Shown: one piece after another, positions 28,695-38,310 of the stretch
Layout of the letters: each line of letters opens with the position of its first letter
How positions within the stretch are numbered: position 1 is the first letter of the stretch
Assembly (NCBI GenBank): GCA_050303855.1
Contig: JBNLCO010000010.1
Span: forward strand, 124,093-188,092
Source: Candidatus Pacearchaeota archaeon
GTDB taxonomy: Archaea > Nanobdellota > Nanobdellia > Pacearchaeales > GW2011-AR1
Direction: 5' to 3'
Length of the DNA stretch: 64,000 nucleotides
Notes under the pieces: model-generated
Database searches by the model: none
Seen by the model: only the letters and a program-made list of their open reading frames with translations
Told to the model about the DNA's origin: nothing
Position numbers and translations under genes: made by a program

Positions 28695-29279
28695 ATGGAA
28701 GATCAAGAAAGTAAAGTTTATTTTTCGATTGGGGAGAGTATAAATGCAAAAAAATCTTTTTATAGTCGCCCAAAAGATCTTGTTGATATTTCAAACAAAA
28801 TTTATGAGTCTTTAAATAAAGGTCAAAAAATACTTGTTTTTGGGAATGGAGGTAGTGCGGCAGATGCACAACACATTGCAGGAGAGTTAGTTGGAAGGTT
28901 TAAGAAAGAACGTAAAGCTTTAGCAGCAATGGCTTTAACCACAGATACATCCGTAATAACATCATTATCTAATGATTATGATTATTCAAAGGTATTCGAG
29001 AGGCAAATTGAAGCATTTGCTAGGGAAGGAGATATTTTATGGGGAATTTCAACCTCAGGAAACTCGGAAAACGTTATTAAAGGTCTTGAAAAAGGAAGAG
29101 AAATAGGCACTTATAATTTTTCTATGACTGGTAAAGATGGAGGCATAGTAAAGAAATTAAGTGATTTTAATATAAATATTGATTCTAAAAACACTCCAAG
29201 AATTCAGGAAGCACATCAATTGGCGTACCATATTATTTGCGAATTGGTTGAAGATAAAATATATCATAATAATCTTTAA
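28695..29279 (+). CDS. gmhA: SIS-domain sedoheptulose-7-phosphate isomerase (GmhA-like)
   Basis: ..ILVFGNGGSAADAQHIAGELVGRF...GISTSGNSENVI.. GmhA signature. Confidence 0.7.
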   Translation: MEDQESKVYFSIGESINAKKSFYSRPKDLVDISNKIYESLNKGQKILVFGNGGSAADAQHIAGELVGRFKKERKALAAMALTTDTSVITSLSNDYDYSKVFERQIEAFAREGDILWGISTSGNSENVIKGLEKGREIGTYNFSMTGKDGGIVKKLSDFNINIDSKNTPRIQEAHQLAYHIICELVEDKIYHNNL

Positions 29280-29305
29280 AAAGAAAAACAAAGTTTTAGG
29301 AAGGT

Positions 29306-30286
29306 ATGGTAAGAAATCTTATAACAGGCACTACAGGGATGGTGGGTTCTCATTTGGCAGAATTTCTTTTGGACAAAGGGGAAGAAGTTTATGGAACACG
29401 TCGTTGGCGAAGTAGGATGGATAATTGTAGAGGATTTGAGGACAAAATAAATTGGGTGAATATGGAATTAATTGACGCCCATTCTGTTAGAAATGCTATT
29501 GAAAGTGTAAGACCTGATGTGATCTATCATCTTGCTGCACAAAGCTATGTTGTTGATTCAAAAGATGAGCCTGTAGCCACAATGGAAATTAACGCCCATG
29601 GAACTGCTCATATTCTTGAAACCGTGAAGGAAATGAAGAAAAGAGATGGGTACAACCCTGTTATTCATGTTTGTAGTAGTAGTGAAGTTTATGGGCAGGT
29701 GAATCCGGACGAAGTTCCAATAAAAGAAACAAACCAATATCGACCGGCCTCTCCTTATGCGATAGGAAAGCTAGGAGCAGATATGCTTGCTAGGTGGTAT
29801 TTTGAAGAATATGATCTGAAGACGATACGTACAAGAATGTTTACTCATACAGGGCCAAGAAGAGGGGATGTTTTTGTAGTTTCAGCTTTTGCCAAACAAA
29901 TTGCAAAAATTGAGAAAGGATTACAAAAACCAAAATTAAAAGTAGGTAATCTAGAATCTGTTAGGACTTTTGCAGATGTTAGAGATACTGTGCATGCATA
30001 CTATCTCTTAACTAAGCATTGTAAGCCTGGAGAAGTCTATAACATAGGAGGAAATAGAACAATGAAGATTGGAGAGATGTTGGATATCCTTTTAAGCTAC
30101 TCTCCAATGAAAGATAAAATAGAAGTTGAAGTGGATCCGAATCTTCTAAGAAAAACTGATGTAACATATCAAATACCCGACACATCTAAGTTCAAAAAAG
30201 AAACCGGATGGGATAGCCCAATTCCTCTTGAGAAGACTTTAGAAGACACCCTAGACTATTGGAGAGGGGAATTTAAGAATGAGTAA
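29306..30286 (+). CDS. nucleotide-sugar 4,6-dehydratase (GDP-mannose 4,6-dehydratase-like extended SDR)
   Basis: ITGTTGMVGSHLAEFLL..., RPASPYAIGK, ..FTHTGPRRG.. resemble Gmd/4,6-dehydratase motifs. Confidence 0.65.
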   Translation: MVRNLITGTTGMVGSHLAEFLLDKGEEVYGTRRWRSRMDNCRGFEDKINWVNMELIDAHSVRNAIESVRPDVIYHLAAQSYVVDSKDEPVATMEINAHGTAHILETVKEMKKRDGYNPVIHVCSSSEVYGQVNPDEVPIKETNQYRPASPYAIGKLGADMLARWYFEEYDLKTIRTRMFTHTGPRRGDVFVVSAFAKQIAKIEKGLQKPKLKVGNLESVRTFADVRDTVHAYYLLTKHCKPGEVYNIGGNRTMKIGEMLDILLSYSPMKDKIEVEVDPNLLRKTDVTYQIPDTSKFKKETGWDSPIPLEKTLEDTLDYWRGEFKNE

Positions 30287-31349
30287 AGAAGTAAAAGTAA
30301 AATTAAATCATTTTTCTGGGGAATATGAAAATGATGAAGAGTATTATGAGAAATATTGGTCAATTAAAGTTTTGTTAGATAATTTTAATGTAAAAATTGT
30401 AGATAATGTGAAAGAGGCGGATGTTATATTTGAACAGTGTACAAGAGGAAGTAATTATAATTTTTTAAATGAAAAGAATAAAAAAATAGTGCTCTTTTCT
30501 TCAGAAGATCTATATAAAAAAAGAGATATTTTTAATTTAATAGAATCCTTTCTTTATAAGGTAGGATTGGGGGATAAAAAGTGGAAAATTATAGATAAAC
30601 TAGATAGTATTATTCCTTCAAGTATCTCAAGCATTCCATTGAAATATTTTCTACCAAAACATTTGAAGTTTGTGAGAAAAATTTCAGAAGGAAAAATAAA
30701 AAATGCATACGCAATTGTTCAAAATGATATAAAAGGGGAAAACATCTTGATAATTCCCTGTTTCTTGCATGTTTTTTATTATAATTTGAAAGATTTCACA
30801 AAAAAGAAAAAACAGGAATCAAGTAAAAGGAAGAAATTTTGTGCGTTTATTGTATCTAGCAATTCCTCTAGGGAAAGGGTTAAATTTTTTAAGAAATTGT
30901 CCAAATACAAGAAAATTGATTCTTATGGAAGGGTCATGAATAATATGGGAGATAGTATTTTTAATGGCCACTGGAGTGGAACCCACCCGGAGATATATAA
31001 AGACTATAAATTCGTGATTTGTTTTGAGAATAGTTTTACAAAAGAGTATATTTGTGAGAAATTGCCTAGGACTATGCTTTCTGGAGCAATACCTATATTC
31101 AGAGGTGCTCCAAACATTGGAGAATATTTCAATAAAAAATCTTTCATTAATTATGATAATTATGGAAGTTATGAAAATATGATAAAGAAAATTATTGAGT
31201 TGGATAGTGATGATAAAAGATATGAATCATTCCTAAGAGAACCTTGGTTCAAAGATAACAAGATTCCAAAGATATTTAGAGATAAAGAGAAAGAATTAAT
31301 TCAATTTTATACCAAGATTTTTGGACCTCCAAAGAGAAAATTAAAATGA
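30279..31349 (+). CDS. GT10-family alpha-1,3-fucosyltransferase-like glycosyltransferase
   Basis: ..YKFVICFENSFTKEYICEKL.. matches the GT10 FucT motif (YKFxLxFENS...YxTEK). Confidence 0.5.
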   Translation: MSKEVKVKLNHFSGEYENDEEYYEKYWSIKVLLDNFNVKIVDNVKEADVIFEQCTRGSNYNFLNEKNKKIVLFSSEDLYKKRDIFNLIESFLYKVGLGDKKWKIIDKLDSIIPSSISSIPLKYFLPKHLKFVRKISEGKIKNAYAIVQNDIKGENILIIPCFLHVFYYNLKDFTKKKKQESSKRKKFCAFIVSSNSSRERVKFFKKLSKYKKIDSYGRVMNNMGDSIFNGHWSGTHPEIYKDYKFVICFENSFTKEYICEKLPRTMLSGAIPIFRGAPNIGEYFNKKSFINYDNYGSYENMIKKIIELDSDDKRYESFLREPWFKDNKIPKIFRDKEKELIQFYTKIFGPPKRKLK

Positions 31350-32002
31350 ACAATATTTTTTATGGAATACTTTCTGTAGGGTTTGACATCGATCAAACAA
31401 TGTACGCAAAAAATAGTGAAATAGACTTAATTATTCAAGATGAAATTGCGAGGAAGATTCTTGAAATAAAACCTTCTTTCAATAATCTTGAATCAGCAAA
31501 AGAATTTTCTGAAAGAAGATATTCTGAATTAGGGAGCCGAACAAGTGTGTTAGAAGAGGTTGGCTATAAAAATGCTCAAGAAATCTTGTACGGATGCATT
31601 TCAAGTGATAAAACAATAAACCCTCTCCAGAAAGACGAAAGGCTTCAGGAAATGATTTCAAGATTGGGACATAAATATGATCTTTTTTTAATAACTAATA
31701 ATTCGGAGGATATTGCGACTAAAAAATTAGATCGATTAGGTGTTGACAAGTCTTTATTTAACCTAAAATTTTATGGAGACACATTACCTGGAATAAAAAA
31801 ATCTGATGGTTCTTTGTTCAAATATTTCCTAAGTAGGTCCAAACATTCCCCTGAAAACCACATATATGTCGGAGATAGCCTTAATGCAGACATAATCCCT
31901 TCTAAAAAGCTAGGTTTCAAAACAATTTGTGTAGGAAATCACTTTCTTGAAGCGAATTATTCTGTTAAAGAAATTTATGATATAGAAAATCTTCTTCTAT
32001 AA
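31346..32002 (+). CDS. HAD-superfamily hydrolase (candidate heptose-bisphosphate phosphatase)
   Basis: DxDxT-like ..GFDIDQTM.. N-terminus. Context next to GmhA/HddA. Confidence 0.4.
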   Translation: MNNIFYGILSVGFDIDQTMYAKNSEIDLIIQDEIARKILEIKPSFNNLESAKEFSERRYSELGSRTSVLEEVGYKNAQEILYGCISSDKTINPLQKDERLQEMISRLGHKYDLFLITNNSEDIATKKLDRLGVDKSLFNLKFYGDTLPGIKKSDGSLFKYFLSRSKHSPENHIYVGDSLNADIIPSKKLGFKTICVGNHFLEANYSVKEIYDIENLLL

Positions 32003-32061
32003 GGCAATTTAGGGTAACCTAGGACATAAATTCTTTTAAAGGAATCACCCATCAAATATTA

Positions 32062-33849
32062 ATGAAGTTAGCAGATTATGTTATTGATTATTTTGGAGAT
32101 AAGGGAGTGAAGGATATATTTGAGGTCTATGGTGCTGCGAATGGTGATTTGATTGATGCTTTTACGAGAACAGATAAAACAAGATATGTTGCTATAATGC
32201 ACGAACAAGCTGCAGGGTTTGCTACAGAATGTTATTCTAAGATCAGCGGTAAGCCAGGTGTTGCGATAGCCACAAGTGGCCCTGGAGGCCAGAATTTTGT
32301 GACTCCAATTGCAAATTGTTATTATGATTCTGTTCCGGCAATTTTTATAACAGGTCAGGTAAACTCCAGATTTTTAAGGCCTGATGAAAGTATAAGACAG
32401 AGAGGATTCCAAGAAACCCCTATTGCAGAAATTGTTGCTCCCATAACAAAATATTCTAAAATGATTACAGACCCAAGCACAATAAAACATGAACTTGAAA
32501 AAGCATGGTATATTTCCCAAGAAGGAAGACCAGGCCCAATTCTTCTTGATCTTCCGATAGATATTCAAAAAGCGGAAGTAGATCCGTCAAAACTATTTGG
32601 GTTTAATTCAGAAACTTATAAAACCAATTTTAATATGGAACAGGTTAATAACCAGATAGACCACTATCTTGAAGACTTGTCCCGTGCTGAAAGACCAGTT
32701 ATTCTTGTTGGAGGAGGAGTAAGACCTTCAGGAGGAATAGAAAAACTTCTGAGTTTGGGAGAGAAATTAAAAATTCCGATGTTCCCCACATGGAATTCAT
32801 TAGATATTGTTACTTCTGATTACAATTACTATGGAGGAAGGGTTGGAACTTATGGCGGAAAAGGAAGAAACTTTGGTTTGCAGAACTCCGATTTAGTTTT
32901 GGCTTTGGGAAGCAGAATTTCTGGAAGACTTTATGGAAGCCAGACAAAGGCTTTCTTAAGAGATGCAAAGAAATATGTAGTAGATATTGATAAAGCTAAC
33001 TTACAACAAATATTCCAAGAAGTTCCCTTTGACGAGAACATTTTTTGTGACGCGAAAACTTTTATAGAAAGTTTAGATAAAAAGTTGGAAGGTGTTCCTA
33101 AGAAAGATTTCTCTTCATGGACAAGTAAAGTTATGGGTTGGAGAAACAAGTATGACCCTGTAAAGAAAGAATTTTTTGAGGCTAATGAGAATGCAAACCC
33201 CTATGCTTTTTTTAGAACACTTTCTCAAGAAATGAAATCTGGAGATATCCTTGTGGGAGACTGTGGGGGAAATATTGTTGTTGCTAGTCACGCTTTTGAA
33301 ACAAAGAAAGGGCAAAGATTCATTACAAATAATGGAAACTCCCCTATGGGATTTTCATTTTCAGGAGCCATGGGGGCCTACCTTGCTGCAAATGAAGGCC
33401 AAAATGTAGTTTGCACGATTGGAGATGGAGGTTTCAATATGAATATCCAAGAACTACAAACTTTAAAGAATTATGATCTAAATTTCAAGACATTCATAAT
33501 TAACAATGGAATTTATGGTATCACTAAAGCATTCCAAGAAAAGAAGTTTGAGGGTAGGGCTGAAGCATGTGGTCCAAAAGGCTATGTTCCTCCTAATTTT
33601 ATGGCCATATGTGATGCTTACGGAATTAAAACCGAATCTATAAAAGGAAATGATATTGATAGCATGAGAGAGAAAATTGGAGATGTTTTGAATTCAAAAG
33701 GTCCTGTTGTGTGTGATGTAAGTTGTCCAGACTGGCATACTTACGAACCAACAGTTTTTGGATCAGTCCCAATCGAAGAAATGCACCCTCAGTTGCCTGA
33801 AGAAGAATTCAGAGAAAATATGATTATAAAACCTTGGAAAAAGAAATAA
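32062..33849 (+). CDS. thiamine-diphosphate-dependent enzyme (acetolactate-synthase/YerE-like)
   Basis: 595 aa. Pyr domain (..AIMHEQAAGFATECYSKI..), central domain, PP domain with ..GDGGFNMNIQEL.. ThDP-binding motif. Confidence 0.75.
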   Translation: MKLADYVIDYFGDKGVKDIFEVYGAANGDLIDAFTRTDKTRYVAIMHEQAAGFATECYSKISGKPGVAIATSGPGGQNFVTPIANCYYDSVPAIFITGQVNSRFLRPDESIRQRGFQETPIAEIVAPITKYSKMITDPSTIKHELEKAWYISQEGRPGPILLDLPIDIQKAEVDPSKLFGFNSETYKTNFNMEQVNNQIDHYLEDLSRAERPVILVGGGVRPSGGIEKLLSLGEKLKIPMFPTWNSLDIVTSDYNYYGGRVGTYGGKGRNFGLQNSDLVLALGSRISGRLYGSQTKAFLRDAKKYVVDIDKANLQQIFQEVPFDENIFCDAKTFIESLDKKLEGVPKKDFSSWTSKVMGWRNKYDPVKKEFFEANENANPYAFFRTLSQEMKSGDILVGDCGGNIVVASHAFETKKGQRFITNNGNSPMGFSFSGAMGAYLAANEGQNVVCTIGDGGFNMNIQELQTLKNYDLNFKTFIINNGIYGITKAFQEKKFEGRAEACGPKGYVPPNFMAICDAYGIKTESIKGNDIDSMREKIGDVLNSKGPVVCDVSCPDWHTYEPTVFGSVPIEEMHPQLPEEEFRENMIIKPWKKK

Positions 33850-34479
33850 TTAAATTAATATTTTCTCTAATTCGTTTATAAATTTCTTTGAACCTTTACG
33901 AACTATTTTTTTATCTAAATAATTTTCTTCGGTATTGAGAACTAAATAGGAAACAAAATCAACCCCTGGATATTTGAAGTCAAGGTCTATATCTTCCCAG
34001 TACTTTGCTGTTTTATCCCAAACAGATACGTCTGAAGGATCTGAGATAAGTCCATCTGAAGGGGGCCTAGATTTCATTCTTTTCTTTGCTTCAGCCTCAG
34101 AACAAACACATTCTACAACAATTACATTCTTTCCTGCACCCGAAGCTACACCATAAATCTGTTGTCTTCTAAAGGTATGTCTATTTACGCTATCGATTAT
34201 TACCCCTTTCCCTTTGGTTAAATAATCCATTGCAGTCCGATCAATAAGCCTTAAAGTTTCTTCTTGTTTCTTTGGCATTTTTTTTAGTCCTAAATTACGT
34301 CTTACTTCGTTTTGAGAAATATATTCATAATTTTGGAGGCCTTTAGCCAATTTAGCAGAAGCACTAGTTTTACCTGTACCGGGGAAACCAGTCATCAAAA
34401 TGAGGTAATTTTCCATATAACCCCAATTTTTATTTAATTTAAATAGATTTATGTCTTTGTTTAGAATGTTTTCTTCCAT
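33850..34479 (-). CDS. P-loop NTPase/kinase (AAA_33-like)
   Basis: Walker A GFPGTGKTS. ~200 aa. Confidence 0.45.
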   Translation of the reverse strand: MEENILNKDINLFKLNKNWGYMENYLILMTGFPGTGKTSASAKLAKGLQNYEYISQNEVRRNLGLKKMPKKQEETLRLIDRTAMDYLTKGKGVIIDSVNRHTFRRQQIYGVASGAGKNVIVVECVCSEAEAKKRMKSRPPSDGLISDPSDVSVWDKTAKYWEDIDLDFKYPGVDFVSYLVLNTEENYLDKKIVRKGSKKFINELEKILI

Positions 34480-35128
34480 CTAAAATGAGTTCAGATTTTT
34501 TTTCTTTGTATGCAGCAAATATTTCTTCTGAAACATATTTTGGATCCATGGAGTTTTCTCTACCAGGTCGAGTTCTTATTCTAGTTGGATAAACTCCCAT
34601 CACATGTATTCCGTTTTCAATTGCTTCCAAATTTAAGCTATCTGTGAAACCCTTAAGCCCGTATTTGCATGCTGAAGCCACGCTACGAAACTTTTTGCTT
34701 TCAAGGCCCATTATTGAGTTAATATTTATGATTGTTCCAGAGTTCTTCTTTAAAAAAAGAGGATAAATTTCCTTAGATAATTTTATTGGAGCATATAGAT
34801 TTGTTTCGAGTAATTCGTCTACTGTTTCTCTGGATATTTTATCTAAGGGTAAACCAGGACAAAAAACCCCTGCATTATTTACTAAAATTGACAAGTCTTT
34901 TTTCTCTGCAATGTTTGCCAAGTCCTTAATAGTCTTCTCGGATCTTAAATCTCCATAAACCACTTCCACCTTTGACCCGTATTTTAGTATTTCTCTCTGA
35001 GAATCATTTAAGCTAGTTTTATCCCTTCCATGGATTATTAAATTGTAACCTTCTCTTGCAAAAGTTAAAGCTAATTCCTTTCCAAGACCTTTGCTAGAAC
35101 CAGTTATCAGAACAGATTCTTTTTTCAT
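34439..35128 (-). CDS. short-chain dehydrogenase/reductase (classical SDR)
   Basis: ITGSSKGLGKELA cofactor motif. ..NNAG.. and YxxxK regions. Confidence 0.7.
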   Translation of the reverse strand: MKKESVLITGSSKGLGKELALTFAREGYNLIIHGRDKTSLNDSQREILKYGSKVEVVYGDLRSEKTIKDLANIAEKKDLSILVNNAGVFCPGLPLDKISRETVDELLETNLYAPIKLSKEIYPLFLKKNSGTIININSIMGLESKKFRSVASACKYGLKGFTDSLNLEAIENGIHVMGVYPTRIRTRPGRENSMDPKYVSEEIFAAYKEKKSELILDGRKHSKQRHKSI

Positions 35129-35132
35129 TTTT

Positions 35133-36044
35133 TTAATTCGAAGAATTTTTTGAATACCAATCCAAAGTTTTTACAATACCTTCTTCAAGCGGGACTTTTT
35201 GAGACCACCCAATTTCATTTGCTTTGGTACAATCTAAGGATAGATTCATCTTAATCGTAGGTTTTGTTGTATCATGCTCAATTTTCAAATTCTTTCCGGA
35301 GGCATTAATGATCTTCTTTGTTAAGTCATTAACTGGTACTTGCTCTCCAGATCCAACATTATAAACCCCATCAAGTTCTTTTTCAAGAGCAATTTCCACA
35401 AAATCTACAAAATCAGAAACATACAAGAAATCTCTTTTTTCTTTTCCATCTCCCCAAATTACAATGCTTTCTCCGTCTGGAGTATTAGTAACTTCATTAA
35501 TTTTTGCTGCAAAAACATGAGAAGTAGCCAAATCAAAATTATCGTTAGGTCCGTAAATATTGGAGTGTCTCATCACAGTATGTTTTGTTCTTCCCAATCC
35601 AGAATAAAAATTGCACATATTTTCAAGATAAATCTTTGTACCTCCTCCACCTGAATATTTTACATTTGGAGAAGTGGGATCTGTTTCCTTATGGGGTTTA
35701 TCGCTTGAAGGGTAAACATTTGTACAGCTTGGAAATATAAACTGTTTAACATTATTTTCAAAAGCACTTCTTAACAAAAGAGAATTCATTACTGCATTAT
35801 CGGTTACATGAATATAAGGCCTCTCTATTATATCTTTAACCCCTGTACTCGTAGCAGCCATTTGAATTATAACGTCTTGACCTTTTACTACCCTTTCAAC
35901 GTCTTCTTTTCTAGTTAAATCGGCATATACATCTGATTTATTTCTAAATCCAACTCCTGTAACATCATATTTATCTTTTAGTCTTTCATATATGTTACTT
36001 CCTAAGAATCCTGTTGCTCCAGTTATTAACACTTTCTTTTTCAT
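35133..36044 (-). CDS. NAD-dependent sugar-nucleotide epimerase/reductase (extended SDR)
   Basis: ITGATGFLGSNIYERL motif. Confidence 0.7.
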   Translation of the reverse strand: MKKKVLITGATGFLGSNIYERLKDKYDVTGVGFRNKSDVYADLTRKEDVERVVKGQDVIIQMAATSTGVKDIIERPYIHVTDNAVMNSLLLRSAFENNVKQFIFPSCTNVYPSSDKPHKETDPTSPNVKYSGGGGTKIYLENMCNFYSGLGRTKHTVMRHSNIYGPNDNFDLATSHVFAAKINEVTNTPDGESIVIWGDGKEKRDFLYVSDFVDFVEIALEKELDGVYNVGSGEQVPVNDLTKKIINASGKNLKIEHDTTKPTIKMNLSLDCTKANEIGWSQKVPLEEGIVKTLDWYSKNSSN

Positions 36045-36081
36045 TATATATCTTCCTTTACTTTTTACTTTTTATATTTTA

Positions 36082-37062
36082 TCATTCAAAGATATTATAT
36101 CTTTTATTTACAATATCTTTATTTTCTTTATACCAATCCATTGTTCTCCGAACTCCCTCTTCTAGAGATACTTTTGGATTCCATCCAAGAGACTTTGCTC
36201 TTGATACATCCATTAACCTTATTTTATCTCCTCTTGGCATAGAAGGATCCCATTTTATGGAGGGTTTTCCTTCAATGTTATTTACAATTATATTTGCTAA
36301 TTCTTTTATGCTCTTTCTTTCCCCTGATCCAAGATTTAAAGGGTAGTCTGGGCCTGGAGCCTTTTCTAAAGCCACAAGCATTCCTTCAGCAACATCCTCT
36401 GAATAAATGAAATCTCTTATTGGACTTCCATCTCCTCCTACTTTAAGGGGATTTTCTCCATCAACAGCCCTTTTTATCAATGAAGGTATTACCATTGCGT
36501 TATTCACATCAAAGTTATCAAAAGGCCCGTAGACATTTGCAGGTCTTACTATTGCTGTTTTATCCCACCCATGTTGAATTTTATATGCCCTTGCTTGTAA
36601 TTCACCAGATCTCTTTGCATAACCCCCAAACAAATCATTCTCGGAAGGAAGCGTTTTGAAAACGTCATCCTCTCTCAAAATTTCGGCAGGTTGATAAACA
36701 CCTATTGTGCTTGTAAACAAGAATCTTTCTGTCCCCTCTTTTCTAGCAGCTTCCATCAAATTTGTATTAAATTGGAGAACAGGAACAAGAAAATTAGCTG
36801 GTTTTTCCAAGGTCATTTTTGGAGAACCTTTTATTCCAAGAAGATTAAAAACATAATCCTGTCCTTCGCAAGCAATTTCACAGTTGTGATAATTGGTTAG
36901 ATCAAGTTTCAAATATTCTGAATTGGGATTTGCCCTTGAAGGATCATCCATTGAAACAACTCTTACATTTGCACCTTCCTCAAGAAGTCTATTTACTAGA
37001 GGCTTTCCAATAAGTCCGGTTCCCCCTGCGACAAGAACGTTTTTTCCCTCATAAAAACCCAT
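36082..37062 (-). CDS. NAD-dependent sugar-nucleotide epimerase/reductase (extended SDR, GDP-fucose-synthase-like)
   Basis: VAGGTGLIGKPLVNRL motif. Confidence 0.7.
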   Translation of the reverse strand: MGFYEGKNVLVAGGTGLIGKPLVNRLLEEGANVRVVSMDDPSRANPNSEYLKLDLTNYHNCEIACEGQDYVFNLLGIKGSPKMTLEKPANFLVPVLQFNTNLMEAARKEGTERFLFTSTIGVYQPAEILREDDVFKTLPSENDLFGGYAKRSGELQARAYKIQHGWDKTAIVRPANVYGPFDNFDVNNAMVIPSLIKRAVDGENPLKVGGDGSPIRDFIYSEDVAEGMLVALEKAPGPDYPLNLGSGERKSIKELANIIVNNIEGKPSIKWDPSMPRGDKIRLMDVSRAKSLGWNPKVSLEEGVRRTMDWYKENKDIVNKRYNIFE

Positions 37063-37173
37063 AAAGAGATGTATTTCCTTTTCTTTTTAAGGATTTGTTT
37101 TATTGATAGTATATTTACAAAACATACAGAAAAGAACAATTAATTTTATAAACAATTATAGCCCAGGTTCAGG

Positions 37174-38304
37174 ATGGGAATTTCTTTTGGAGATTTGAGA
37201 GTCAGTAAGGAGTCTAGAAAACATCTTGAAGACTGTCTCAATAATAATATGATTTCTGGAGGAGATAAAGTGAAAATCTTGGAGGATTCTTGGGGAAAAC
37301 TTTTTGGATATAAATATAATGTTGCTATGGGTTCTGGAACAGATGCAGATATGGCTGCTGCAATGACTCTTTATGATACAGTGGAAGCCAAACCAGGTGA
37401 TGAGGTTATCGTTCCTGCTCTTGCATTTGCAGCCGTAGGGAATAGTGTAAGAGCTGCAGGTTTTACACCTAAATTTGTTGACATAGAAAGAGAAACATTA
37501 AACATCAACCCTGATTTGATTGAAGAAAAAATAACTCCAAAAACAAAGGCCATAATGGCAGTCCATACAATGGGAAAACCAAATGAGATGGACAAAATAA
37601 CTCAAATTGCAAACAAGTATAACCTAAGGGTTTTAGAAGATTGTTGTGAATCTCATGGGGGAGAATATAAGGGGAAGTTTTTAGGTAGCTTTGGGGATGC
37701 ATCTGCATTTAGTTTTTATGTTGCACACATTGTTTCTTGTGGTGATGGAGGCATGCTTTCAACAAACTCTGAAGAGATAAGCGATTTAGCCGATTCAGTA
37801 AAACACCACGGAAGAAAACCTAGAACAATTTATTTTGATCATCCAAGATTTGGTATGAATTTTAGGATGAATGCCTTGACAGCTTCCATAGGCATCCCCG
37901 AAATACAAAATTTTTGGAAGATTTTTGATAAAAGAAAAGGCAATTTGAATTATTTACTGGATTCAACAAAAGACCTTCAGGATTTTGCTTATTTTGTTAA
38001 GGAGGAACCTCATGAGGTTGTCTCTCCTCACGCTTTTAGTATAACTCTTAAAAATCCGGATCACGATTTCAAAGGATTGTATGCATTCTTAGAAAAAAAT
38101 GATATAGAATGTAAAAGAAACTTCGGGAGTATGCCAACACAGCATAAAGCTTTTGAATATCTTGGATACAAGAAAGGTGAATTTCCTGAAGCAGAGTATG
38201 TTGGAGATAATGGGTTGCATTTTGGAATCCATCAATTCTTAGAAAAGAGTGATTTAGATTATGCTTCAGAAAAAATCCACGAATATTTTAAAAAATTTAA
38301 ATAA
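37174..38304 (+). CDS. DegT/DnrJ/EryC1/StrS-family PLP/PMP enzyme, ColD/E1-type sugar 3-dehydratase candidate
   Basis: Family fold. Active-site motif reads SFYVAHIVSCGDGG with His where aminotransferases of this family have Lys. Confidence 0.65.
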   Translation: MGISFGDLRVSKESRKHLEDCLNNNMISGGDKVKILEDSWGKLFGYKYNVAMGSGTDADMAAAMTLYDTVEAKPGDEVIVPALAFAAVGNSVRAAGFTPKFVDIERETLNINPDLIEEKITPKTKAIMAVHTMGKPNEMDKITQIANKYNLRVLEDCCESHGGEYKGKFLGSFGDASAFSFYVAHIVSCGDGGMLSTNSEEISDLADSVKHHGRKPRTIYFDHPRFGMNFRMNALTASIGIPEIQNFWKIFDKRKGNLNYLLDSTKDLQDFAYFVKEEPHEVVSPHAFSITLKNPDHDFKGLYAFLEKNDIECKRNFGSMPTQHKAFEYLGYKKGEFPEAEYVGDNGLHFGIHQFLEKSDLDYASEKIHEYFKKFK

Positions 38305-38310
38305 AAAAAT

